Shown: piece by piece, positions 1 to 9,700 of the stretch
How the letters are laid out: every line of letters starts with the position of its first letter
Position numbering within the stretch: position 1 is the stretch's first letter
From: Sphingobacteriales bacterium
Lineage (GTDB): Bacteria > Bacteroidota > Bacteroidia > Chitinophagales > LD1
NCBI GenBank assembly: GCA_018262795.1
Contig: JADFDM010000015.1
Span: forward strand, 9,253-73,252
DNA: 64,000 bases
Direction: 5' to 3'
Notes under the pieces: generated by a model
What the model was told of the DNA's origin: nothing
What the model saw: the letters and a program-made list of their open reading frames with translations, nothing else
Database searches by the model: none
Translations under genes and position numbers: made by a program

Positions 1-1
1 T

Positions 2-691
2 GCTGCCATTACTAATGTTACTTGCTATGGAGCAGCCAACGGAACTGCGGTGCTTGCTGTGAGTGGCGGAACACCGGCTTATGTTTTTACTTGGGGCAAT
101 TCAGTGGTTCCTGCCGCATTAGTTGCAGGCACTTATGATGTGACCGTGAGCGACAGTCACCAATGCACCGTTAGTGAAACTGTGACCATTACCCAACCGG
201 ATGAAATACAATTTGCCACGGCCTCTACCGATGCGACTGCCGGGGAGAACAATGGCAGCATCACGGTGAGCAATGTAAGCGGAGGAAGCGCTCCTTATAG
301 TTATCAGTGGAATACCGGTGACACTACTAATCCTTTCGTGAATCTTGCTCCCGGTTCGTTTACAGTTTCAGTGACGGATAATAATGGTTGTGTAAAAACG
401 GCTTCGGTAGTTGTAGGCCAAACTACCGGTATCGAAAACCCGAAAGTGGCGCAATCGTTTCAGTTGTATCCGAATCCTACATCCGGTAAAATTATTCTCG
501 CTGTGAATGAAGTGCTGCCCGAAACTAACATCGGACTGCGCAATATGTTAGGGCAGCTATTGCTTTCTGCAAATGTTACTGCTACCCAAACGGCACTTGA
601 CCTTTCTTACTTGCCTTCAGGGGTTTATTTCATGGAATTATACAAAGGTGAAACGGTCAAAAGTACGCTGCGTTTTGTGGTGAAGAAATAG
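2..691 (+). CDS. Secreted SprB-repeat protein with type-A T9SS C-terminal sorting domain (5' end outside window)
   Basis: The frame is open from nt 2 (AAITNVTCYGAANGTAVLAVSGGTPAYVFTW), so the GTG at 50 in the ORF track is internal. It has repeated C-x-G-x-x-NG...GG-x-x-PY-x-[YF]-x-W units typical of SprB repeats. The C-terminal ~80 aa (FQLYPNPTSGKIIL...LPSGVYFMELY) fit the Por/T9SS tail pattern. Confidence 0.75.
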   Translation, partial: AAITNVTCYGAANGTAVLAVSGGTPAYVFTWGNSVVPAALVAGTYDVTVSDSHQCTVSETVTITQPDEIQFATASTDATAGENNGSITVSNVSGGSAPYSYQWNTGDTTNPFVNLAPGSFTVSVTDNNGCVKTASVVVGQTTGIENPKVAQSFQLYPNPTSGKIILAVNEVLPETNIGLRNMLGQLLLSANVTATQTALDLSYLPSGVYFMELYKGETVKSTLRFVVKK

Positions 692-880
692 GAGGCGGCT
701 TCTCTCTTATTGTTGCGAGTTTAATATTGCCGTGAATTTCTTATACGGGTTAAAACCGAGGGGAAATACGGGGTTATCATGCGAAAGCATTCAATGAACC
801 AACAAAAATATAGAGTTCCCCTGCCACCTACGATGTGACAAAGCAAAAAGACAAGGTTGCCATGCTTCCGCTCTACTGGC

Positions 881-907
881 GCAAAAATACAGCCCGACAT
901 TTTCGGG
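881..907 (-). terminator. Candidate rho-independent terminator downstream of the PorP/SprF gene
   Basis: On the minus strand, a CCCGA-AAATG-TCGGG hairpin (893-907) is followed by CTGTATTTTTG (881-892). It lies about 65 nt after the stop at 971. The stem is short (5-6 bp). Confidence 0.35.
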
Positions 908-970
908 TAGAGTTCTTGTGCTGTTGTTTAGTTGCTATCCTCATTCTGCAGTTTGATTAAAACAGGGTTT

Positions 971-2071
971 TCAGAATCGGGGGCAATAGAGTTTCTTTCC
1001 ATTGAATTGTTTGTACCAACTTCCCACATGAACCAACGAAATTTCAAGTCCGCCATTCGCCTTAGCAGGCTTTATCAATTTAGAAAGGGTTACATCGTAG
1101 TTTATCAATAGCCGAGTTTGCTTAAACTGATACCCAATAATGGGTGACAAGGCATCCTTGATTCGATAATACGCTCCGATATAAAGTGTGTGCTCAATGT
1201 GCGAATGCGATTTTCCGTAAAGGCCATAGCCAAGCATACTGCCTAAGGTGATTTCACTGGCTTTTTTCTCATAAGTGTAATAGGCATTCACATCCAGCAA
1301 AACCTGCTCATTGATTTTATATTCTACTCCCGCGTTGGCCTGATAGCGAAAGCCGAGGCGCTCGTTTGAATTGTAAAAAGTATGCTTAGGCCGATTGAGA
1401 TGTAACATGGCAAAACCAAAATTCAGCTTCACCTGCTCCTGCACCTGTGCTCCAAAGTTGAGGCCGGCAGTGAGGTCCACCATACTGAAACTTTCTTTCT
1501 GATACGATTCATTGGTAGGCAGCGCCACATTGAAGCCTTCATCCTCTATCCACTGATTATTAAAATAGAATTTAGAAAAATCAATAGAGCGAATTTCGTA
1601 GCTAAGTCCTATGCCCGCAGAAAGAATGTAACGATGATCTTTATCGAATGCCTGATGGTAGGCATAGCTGAGTGTAAATCTGCGGGAAGTCAAGCGCCCG
1701 TCACCGGCTTCATCATTCAAAAAGTTGAAACCAATCCCCATCCAGCCCACTTTAATTTTTCGCTCGCCAAATGAAAAGTCAACATACGGGGTTTCGGTAT
1801 GATAATTAAAAACGGAAGGGTGTGTCGCCCAGGGCCACTGTGATTTAAAATTGAACCCGATGCGATAATTGCCATCGAAATAGCCCGTTTGACCCGGATT
1901 AATAATCAGTGGATTGGTAAAGAATTGCGTGAAATGAATATCCTGTGAAGAAGAGGAAAGAAACAAGAAGCAAGAAGCAAGAGCAGTGAACAACCTTTCC
2001 GCAATAGCCGAATGTTTTATCGCTCGCACTACTCCACTTTTGAGTTCAATATTTTGTGCGCTGCTTCTCAT
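971..2071 (-). CDS. PorP/SprF-family type IX secretion system membrane protein
   Basis: A hydrophobic N-terminus is followed by QDIHFTQFFTNPLIINPGQTG, the hallmark start of PorP/SprF proteins. The sequence has a beta-barrel-like alternating pattern and a terminal aromatic residue (..CPRF). An ATGA start/stop overlap joins it to the upstream type-B cargo gene. Confidence 0.8.
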   Translation of the reverse strand: MRSSAQNIELKSGVVRAIKHSAIAERLFTALASCFLFLSSSSQDIHFTQFFTNPLIINPGQTGYFDGNYRIGFNFKSQWPWATHPSVFNYHTETPYVDFSFGERKIKVGWMGIGFNFLNDEAGDGRLTSRRFTLSYAYHQAFDKDHRYILSAGIGLSYEIRSIDFSKFYFNNQWIEDEGFNVALPTNESYQKESFSMVDLTAGLNFGAQVQEQVKLNFGFAMLHLNRPKHTFYNSNERLGFRYQANAGVEYKINEQVLLDVNAYYTYEKKASEITLGSMLGYGLYGKSHSHIEHTLYIGAYYRIKDALSPIIGYQFKQTRLLINYDVTLSKLIKPAKANGGLEISLVHVGSWYKQFNGKKLYCPRF

Positions 2072-5000
2072 CGCAACAAAGTTATGTTACCCTTCAAGGG
2101 AACGGTGTCTCCATTAATCAGCTTCGCCTCTACGGCATAAGTATATACTTCCATCTCCTGCAACACGCCTTTATAGTATCCATTCCAGCCAATATTTTTG
2201 TCATGGGTTTCAAACACCTTTTCGCCCCAGCGATTATAGATGCGGAAGGTGAGATCTACAATTCCCTTCCCTTCAATTTTCACCACATCATTAATGCCAT
2301 CTCCGTTGGGAGAAAAAGCGTTGGGCACACCAATGAGCGCATGGTAGGAAATAAAAATATCGCGACAGGCGGTATCGCTACATGCATTATTGGAAGCCAC
2401 TATACACACGTGCATCCAACCGATATTTTCGTACGTGTGCACGGGGCTTTCTTCATCGGTGGCCGTGGTGCCATCGCCAAAATTCCACAACAAGTTGGTG
2501 TAGTAAAGACTTTTATTGTTGAAGGAAACGGGCGTTTCAAATTTAAAAGTATCATTGGGCACAATGAATCCTGCCAGCGGCTGCTCGAATACTTGAACCG
2601 ATTTTATCAGCGTGTCCACCACATCGCAGGTAGAGGAATCCACTATTATTAATCGCACCTGAAAAATATCGGGAGAGCCGTAATTGTGTGAAGGAGAATA
2701 TTGTGAAGAGGTAACGCCATCGCCAAAGCTCCAGGAGAATTGCGCATTCGGATTGCTGAGATTTGTAAACTCCACCGCGTTTCCGAAACAAACATCTTGG
2801 AAAGTAAAATCCACCGCTACGTTGGGCAGCAGCACCACTGTTTTAGCAATAGAATCTATGGGATGGCAGCGGTTGGTATCACTTACCACTAAGGTGATGG
2901 TATAGGAGGCCGGCTGCGTGTAGGTGTGCTGTTCGTTTACTTGAGTGGAAGAAATTCCATCTCCAAAATTCCAGAAATAATCAATGGCGTTCGTGCTTTG
3001 GTTCACTAAATCAATAAGCAGATTCGAGTCGCAGTCATTGAGCACACTCCACTGAAAATCGGCAATCACAGAATCATTGATAACGGTGATTTGGGCAAAA
3101 ACAGAATCGGCCCCTACACAGGCGTTGGTGTCCACTCCAATAAGAATCACATCAAAGATTCCGGTGTTGGTATAAATGTGTGAAACGCTTTTGCCGCTGG
3201 TGGAATCACCATCGCCAAAAAACCAATAATAATCGGTAGAGAGCAAAGCAGAGTTACCGGTGAACTGAGCCGTGAACGGCAAACAACCTCCGGTATCGGG
3301 CACAGTGATAGTAGTAATGAGCGGGAACAGACTGACTGCAATTTGTGCGGTGTCTATAGGCTTACAAATTTTATCGGCATCAGTGATGTAATGAGCAATG
3401 GTGTATGAGCCGCCTACGGTGTACATGTGCGAAGCAGAGTCGGAGGTAGCACTTGTGCCATCTCCAAAATCCCATATCTCTGAATCGGCTCCGGCATAAG
3501 TGGACCACACTTCTACCAGTACCGAATCGCAACCGTAGAAGGTTCTGGAAAAATGAAAGGAAGCATCGGCAAAAGAATCAATCACCGTGATATACGCATA
3601 AGCAGTATCGGCTTTATTGCAAGAAGAAGTATCGCTCACAATCAAGCTAACGGTGTAAACTCCGGCATCGTTGTAAGTGTGATTTGCCGGATTAGTGATA
3701 GCACTGTTTCCATCCCCAAAATTCCAATTGTAATGAGCCGTTGGATTAGCCGGTGCAGAAAAGTGTACGGCCAAAGGTTTGCACCCTGAAGTGTCGCTGG
3801 AATAAAAGTTAGCATGAAGCGTAGCGGGAATAAAAATGGGGGCAGAGAACGTGTCGAGTAAATTGCATTTAGAGGTATCGGAAACAATCAGTGTAATGGT
3901 ATGCGCCCCCGCTGATTGGTACTGGTGCTGCACCGCATGGGTGGTAAAGTTGGTTCCATCGCCCATTTCCCAATGGTATTGCGTAGTGGCGTAATTATTA
4001 GAGGAAACGCTGACCAAATTACTATCACAATCAATCAAGAGATTAGGCAGAAAATCAGCCGAGAGAGAATCGTCTCGCACCCACACCTCCACGTAAGCGG
4101 TATCGGCTAAATTGCAAGAGTTAGAGTCAATGCCAATCAACATAATGGTATAGGTGCCGGTATCGGTAAATACGTGCACCGGATTTTGTTGTATGGAAGA
4201 AGTTCCATCTCCGAAATACCAAGAAAAGGACTGGGCATTATTAATCGTTCCTTGAAAATTTACGGTGAGCGGAACACAACCGGTCGCTTTGGGGTAAGCG
4301 TTAATAGCCACATGAGTGCCGGATAGGTTAAAGGCAATTTTTAATCCGAGCAGATTGCAGTTTTGAGAGAGATTGCTGGGGGCCCAAACTCCGGGAGTGG
4401 TAGGAGTCAGAGAAGTGCCTCCGCAACCGGCACAAATTGCCTCGTAAATAACCCCTCGTTTATCGAAACGACTGGTTCCGCCATCCACGTGTTCAATAGC
4501 TCCATTCCCTCCGAAATAGGAGGCATACAGTAGGCTCTGTGCATTTTTTGATAGCACGAAAAAATAAAAGTCTGTGCCATCGGTAGAGGTTTGTGCAGCA
4601 TCGGGCGAAAGAGGCATGTGAAGCATCCCATTTTGAAAGCCTGAGAAGGTGGGGTTATTCGTTCCCCATCCGGCCACGTAAACATTTTCGCAAGTATCTA
4701 CCAAAAAAGCAGTGGGGGAAATATTGGGCAATCCGCTTCCATTCCCAAACACCGTGGAATAAAATACGCTGTTTAAAGCGGGGTTTGCTTTTACGATAAA
4801 TTGTCCGCTGTTGGGGTTAGAATACGGAGCATTTACCACCGGATATGTTCCGGTAGTTTGCCCCACCACATACACGTTGCCCGAAGCATCTAACTTCACA
4901 AAGTACACTTGATCATTTCCTGCGGTACCTATAAATGAAGAGGCGAGTAATTGAGTGCCGGTCGCATTGATTTGCGCTAAGAATCCATCATAAAGTCCCC

Positions 5001-6600
5001 CTTGATAGGTGGGGTGTAAGGTGCCATTGGTGGTGGGGAAGTTGGCACTCATGGTTCCACCGGCCACATACAAAGTGCCGTTGGGGCCAATGTCTAAGGA
5101 ATAACAGGCATCATCCTCAGAGCCGCCTAAATAGGTGCACCACAACAGTTGAGAGCAGTCGCTATTTAATTTAAATGCGCAGCCATCCTGATTACCCCCA
5201 AAGGTACTTTGAAAAGCTCCACTTGTCACCGGAAAATCGGAGGACTTTGTACAACTCGCCACATAAATATTTCCGTTGGCATCAATGTTTACTTCTCCCC
5301 TATTCTGGTCGCCATAGTTTCGTTTCAGATTTCCTGAAGTAAATTCCTGCGCTTCAAAATTGATTCCATCATCTAAACTACCCCCAATAAATGTAGAGCC
5401 TAACAAAGCAGTTCCTGCAGCATTCAGTTTTGTGACAACGATGTCTTCTTGTCCGTTTTGTATTTTGTCATATGCGGTGCTGCTCACCGGATAGTCTGCT
5501 GAAAAACTAACTCCGTAAATAATGAGGTTGTCCTGTGGATCTACCACTAATGAATGTGGGGTTTCATTATCGCTGCCACCGATATAAGTTGAATACAACA
5601 GTTGGCTACCATCGGCTGAAAATTTAGAAATACCCATATCGCAGGCAAAAGCAATTCCATTTCCGGTGCCGATATTCCCTCCCGTTCCTCCGCCAAAAAC
5701 TGTTTGAAAAGCACCGACCGTAGTTGGATAAGCACTGCCCGCAGGTGCCAAAGCATTCACGTAACCTCCCACGTACATATTCTCATGGTTGTCGTAAGTG
5801 GCAGTATAACCCCAGTTATCAGCCGTAGAACCCGTGTAGGTAGAAAAAACAATGGTGGGGTCAATCACTAAATCAAAGGAATGATTGTACCCCTGCGGGA
5901 AGCTAAATTTCACTTCATTTCCTTGCACCAAAAATTGACAAGCCACTTCTACTCTCTTTCCATCCATGAGTTGATAAGCTACCGGATTACTCTCTGTTAA
6001 GGTAGTGACGGAAGTTTCAATCTGTAGCCCTTTTCTCTTCAGTTTAATTTGATCGGCCCCTCGGTATCTAATTCCAATATCGTTTGTGTTCCCGTTGGGG
6101 TGAACGATAAAATCATATTTCAGTTGCTGCTCCCCCCGACTGTAAATCCTTAGATCAACCCCTTGATATAAATCGGAATAGCTTACCTGCTGAAATATCT
6201 TGACATCACATGCCCAATGCGAAGCATCGTTACCGATGTAGAAATTTGCATAATCAGAATAGGAGTCAGCTCCATTTATGACAGGATGAGAATTTGCTCC
6301 GATAAACTCCTCCTTGAATGCATGGCCGCGAATCACCACGTTTTCATTCGCCCCCGGGTGTTTAATTTTTGCCAAGTCTTTGAAAGAATAAAAAAAATAG
6401 TAGAAAGCATTTTTCTCTAATAGCAGTGTGCCGTCCGGCAACTGAGCGTGATACAAAATTCGGGGGTCCCACTGCCCCTTGTTTTCAGTAAAACGCAAGG
6501 GATTTGGGCGGCTACCCAACACAGAGGTTGATGCCTGCACAGAAAGTGACAAGCATAAAAAAACAGGGCATAATAAAAGGGTATGAAAATATGTTTTCAC
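2068..6600 (-). CDS. Giant secreted protein: N-terminal beta-propeller-like region, multiple PKD domains, T9SS type-B (gliding-motility C-terminal) sorting domain
   Basis: It has a signal peptide and an N-terminal RFTENKGQWDPRILY motif. About 9 repeats of the PKD pattern (W.FGDG..S....P.H.Y...G.Y.V.L.V.D...C) follow. The C-terminus is PNAFSPNGDGINDVVKIEG...FRIYNRWGEKVFE...GWNGYYKG...NITLLR. Confidence 0.85.
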   Translation of the reverse strand: MKTYFHTLLLCPVFLCLSLSVQASTSVLGSRPNPLRFTENKGQWDPRILYHAQLPDGTLLLEKNAFYYFFYSFKDLAKIKHPGANENVVIRGHAFKEEFIGANSHPVINGADSYSDYANFYIGNDASHWACDVKIFQQVSYSDLYQGVDLRIYSRGEQQLKYDFIVHPNGNTNDIGIRYRGADQIKLKRKGLQIETSVTTLTESNPVAYQLMDGKRVEVACQFLVQGNEVKFSFPQGYNHSFDLVIDPTIVFSTYTGSTADNWGYTATYDNHENMYVGGYVNALAPAGSAYPTTVGAFQTVFGGGTGGNIGTGNGIAFACDMGISKFSADGSQLLYSTYIGGSDNETPHSLVVDPQDNLIIYGVSFSADYPVSSTAYDKIQNGQEDIVVTKLNAAGTALLGSTFIGGSLDDGINFEAQEFTSGNLKRNYGDQNRGEVNIDANGNIYVASCTKSSDFPVTSGAFQSTFGGNQDGCAFKLNSDCSQLLWCTYLGGSEDDACYSLDIGPNGTLYVAGGTMSANFPTTNGTLHPTYQGGLYDGFLAQINATGTQLLASSFIGTAGNDQVYFVKLDASGNVYVVGQTTGTYPVVNAPYSNPNSGQFIVKANPALNSVFYSTVFGNGSGLPNISPTAFLVDTCENVYVAGWGTNNPTFSGFQNGMLHMPLSPDAAQTSTDGTDFYFFVLSKNAQSLLYASYFGGNGAIEHVDGGTSRFDKRGVIYEAICAGCGGTSLTPTTPGVWAPSNLSQNCNLLGLKIAFNLSGTHVAINAYPKATGCVPLTVNFQGTINNAQSFSWYFGDGTSSIQQNPVHVFTDTGTYTIMLIGIDSNSCNLADTAYVEVWVRDDSLSADFLPNLLIDCDSNLVSVSSNNYATTQYHWEMGDGTNFTTHAVQHQYQSAGAHTITLIVSDTSKCNLLDTFSAPIFIPATLHANFYSSDTSGCKPLAVHFSAPANPTAHYNWNFGDGNSAITNPANHTYNDAGVYTVSLIVSDTSSCNKADTAYAYITVIDSFADASFHFSRTFYGCDSVLVEVWSTYAGADSEIWDFGDGTSATSDSASHMYTVGGSYTIAHYITDADKICKPIDTAQIAVSLFPLITTITVPDTGGCLPFTAQFTGNSALLSTDYYWFFGDGDSTSGKSVSHIYTNTGIFDVILIGVDTNACVGADSVFAQITVINDSVIADFQWSVLNDCDSNLLIDLVNQSTNAIDYFWNFGDGISSTQVNEQHTYTQPASYTITLVVSDTNRCHPIDSIAKTVVLLPNVAVDFTFQDVCFGNAVEFTNLSNPNAQFSWSFGDGVTSSQYSPSHNYGSPDIFQVRLIIVDSSTCDVVDTLIKSVQVFEQPLAGFIVPNDTFKFETPVSFNNKSLYYTNLLWNFGDGTTATDEESPVHTYENIGWMHVCIVASNNACSDTACRDIFISYHALIGVPNAFSPNGDGINDVVKIEGKGIVDLTFRIYNRWGEKVFETHDKNIGWNGYYKGVLQEMEVYTYAVEAKLINGDTVPLKGNITLLR

Positions 6601-6724
6601 GTTAGGCCTTCGACCTTTAAAGATAGATAAAAACCCTTGCGGGTTGGAAGAACCAAATACTAAAGAATATCTTCTTTAAATAACAACGCCCCCGTAAAGG
6701 AGGCGTTGTTCAAAGTTTTGAATT

Positions 6725-9700
6725 TTAGCGTAGCAAAGTAAAGGAGCCATTTAGCTTAATATTCTTGGTGCTTCCCATATTCTGAGGATCAGGAACCCTT
6801 ACAATGATATAGTAAACGTAAGTATCTGCGGGTTGGCCTTTCCCGTTGAAACTGCCATCCCACGGTTCGGTGCCATTATGTATCATCGCTCCCCAACGGT
6901 CGTAAATTCTAAACTCAACGACCTGTTGGTATTCGCCTAATAACACTGGATAGAAGTTATCGTTCTTTCCATCACCGTTAGGTGTAAAGGCATTCGGCAT
7001 GGCAATCTTATCACCATAAAGAACAAACACGGTTACTTCTGCGGTATCTACACATTCATCTGAAATGTCTGTTACCACTACGGTATAATGAGTTTCATCT
7101 GTTGGAACCGCCATCGGGTTTTGAACAGTTGGGTCATTCAGACTTGATGTTGGTGTCCAATTGTAACTGAAATTAGTATTGTAATCTGTTACTACATTCA
7201 GTTGAGCGGTATCTCCCATCATGATAGTATCCGGAAGTGTAGTTGCCACCGCATTAATACATTTAATGAGAACGGTTGTAAATGCAGTGGCAGTGCAACC
7301 ATCCGCAGAAGTAGCCGTAACGCTATATATTTCAGAAGCATTGTTTGTAGAGTTAACCGTAAGTGTTGAATTGGTAGAACTGTCACTCCACACGTAAGTG
7401 TAGCCCTTTCCTGGAGCCGGATCTAAAGTTACAGCCACGCAACAACTAAGAACGAAAGGATCCATATTCAAAACCGGTGAGTCAGCTACATTTACCGTGA
7501 GCGTATCATAACTGATGCAACCGTTCAAATCAGCAGCAACCGTATAAGTGCCAGCCTGACTAACTTGAATAGTGGGAGTATTTGCTCCGGTGGGTTGCCA
7601 TGTATAATTCACCCCTGTTTCACTTCCTGCATTCAGCGTTGTTGCCCCTTGGTTAACACAAATAACTTCCGGAGTAGCGACAATGTTTGCAGTAGGATAT
7701 GGGCGATTAGCCACGGTGGCCGTATCAGATTTAACCTGACAACCATTTGCGTCCGTAGCGGTGTAGCTATATGTACCCGGAGTGGTTACCGTAATCGAAA
7801 CTCCGGTTTGGCTATTGCTCCATCCGTAATTGGTATAATTCACGTCTCCGTGAAGTATCACCGGCTGACCTGCACACACGTTGGTATCACTATAAGCAAA
7901 AACCGAACTTACCTGTAAGTTGGAAAGTGAGAATGTATCAGAAACATAATCGCAATGTCCGTCATTTACGGTTACCCAATAAGCTCCTGCTGTATTGACT
8001 GAAATAGTAGAAGTGGTGGCTCCGGTGTTCCAAGTATAAGTAACAAAAGAACCATTAGGGGCTACTGTAACGCTACTTCCCGGGCAAACGGTAGTGTCAT
8101 TGTTTAATAATACCTGAACCGGTTGATATTGATAAATAGTAATGCTATCATTTCCCGGACAAGCTCCATCATCTACTGTCACATAATACGTTCCGGTTTG
8201 AGAAACGGTAATGGAGGCCGTAGTATCTCCTCCGGGTTGCCATATATAAGTTAGATTATTTCCCTGTGCATTAGCAGTAAGGGTAGAAGAACTTCCCTGA
8301 CAAATAGTATCGGGAGATGCCGTCACATTTACAGCCAGAGCAGTGCTAAAAGTAACTGTTGCCGTATCAGAAACTACATTACACTGATGCTGATCCATCC
8401 CTGTGTAATAATAATCTCCGCTTATAGCTACCTGAATAGTATCCGTTTGCGAACCTGTGTTCCAAATTATTCCGGACAGATTAGAAACAGCCGATAGTAC
8501 AATTACATTGCCTTGACAAGCTCCTGCATCTGCTAAGTGCGGATGGCTATCTGGATAATTGGCTAATGTATAGGTGTTAGAAACGAGGTCACATGTTCCG
8601 TTATTGACCGTTACCGTGTAACTACCGGGCAGCAACACTGTATCACTGGAAGCTGAATTTCCGTCAGACCATATATAACTGATATAAGGACCGCCACTAG
8701 GAGTTAAAATCTGAGATTCCCCGGCACAAACAGTATCACTTGTCGGTAGATTTACCGGAGGGAACTGGTATTCATAAATCTCAATGGTATCGAAAGCCGG
8801 GCAGAAGAAATCGTTCACTTCTACAATATAAGTTCCTCCTTGAGTTACCGTAATTGCCGAAGAAGTATCTCCGGTAGGAGTCCATGAGTAACTTAAATTA
8901 CTACCCACCCCGTTTGCTGTGAGAACGCTGGATGAGCCGGGGCAAATAGAATCTAATGAAGCGGTGGCATTCACAGTCGGTGGCGCTTGGAAAGTAACGG
9001 TAGCCGTATCAGAATTCACCGGACAACCATTTACATCTGCGGCAGTGTAGTAGAATGTTCCGTTATTACTTACCACCACAGCTATCGTTGTATCCAGCGT
9101 ATTCCATAAAATATTTACCAAGCCATTTTCGGCAAATAGAATAACGTTATTTCCCAAACAAGCTCCGGTATCAGATAGAGTAGGTATCGGGGTTGGGAAA
9201 TTATTCAAATGCACATCATTTGAGGTCCAGTCACAAACACCATCATTCACGGTTACATTATAAGTGCCTGCAGAGGTTACGGTGATACTGGTAACTGCGC
9301 TGTCTCCATTTGACCAATTGTACGTTTGGAATGGTCCATTGGTTAAACTAAAGCTAACCGGCTCTCCATTACAAACAGTAGTATCGGCAGCCACCGTTGG
9401 TTGAGGATTAGGATATTCATAAACACTTACGGTATCGTATGAAGCACATACTGCATTGCTAACCGTCAGATAATAGGTTCCGGCTGCGGTAACAGTAATT
9501 GAAGAAGTGGTTTCATTCGTTGACCACTGATAAGACAAACCGGCAGGCGCCCCTGAGCTTAAAGTGGAAGAAGAACCAGGACAAATAGTATCAGGAGAAG
9601 CGGTAGCATTGACTACAGGCACTTGATTCTCTACTATGGTTGCTGTGTCTGAATGAATATAGCAACCATCGGCATCATTCGCACTATAATAATAATCTCC

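Noticed and set aside
763-777. GAAATACGGGGTTAT, with ATGCTTCC at 862-869, resembles GAAAATACGGGGTAT-GCTTCC at 11804-11824. Both lie in intergenic DNA flanking the T9SS locus, so this could be a shared regulatory or RNA motif.
   Set aside because: Only about 10-14 nt are shared, with indels. Matches of this length are expected by chance among several kb of intergenic sequence, and I found no supporting secondary structure.
2056-2652. A 198-aa + strand ORF, together with many other 60-120-aa ORFs antisense to the giant T9SS genes, the polyene cluster, cgs and tkt (e.g. 7565-7918, 13246-13579, 15401-15760, 16411-16812, 48790-49113, 55975-56325).
   Set aside because: All lie fully inside, and antisense or out of frame to, long ORFs with strong family motifs. 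Their translations are low-complexity with no recognisable motifs. They are typical shadow ORFs.
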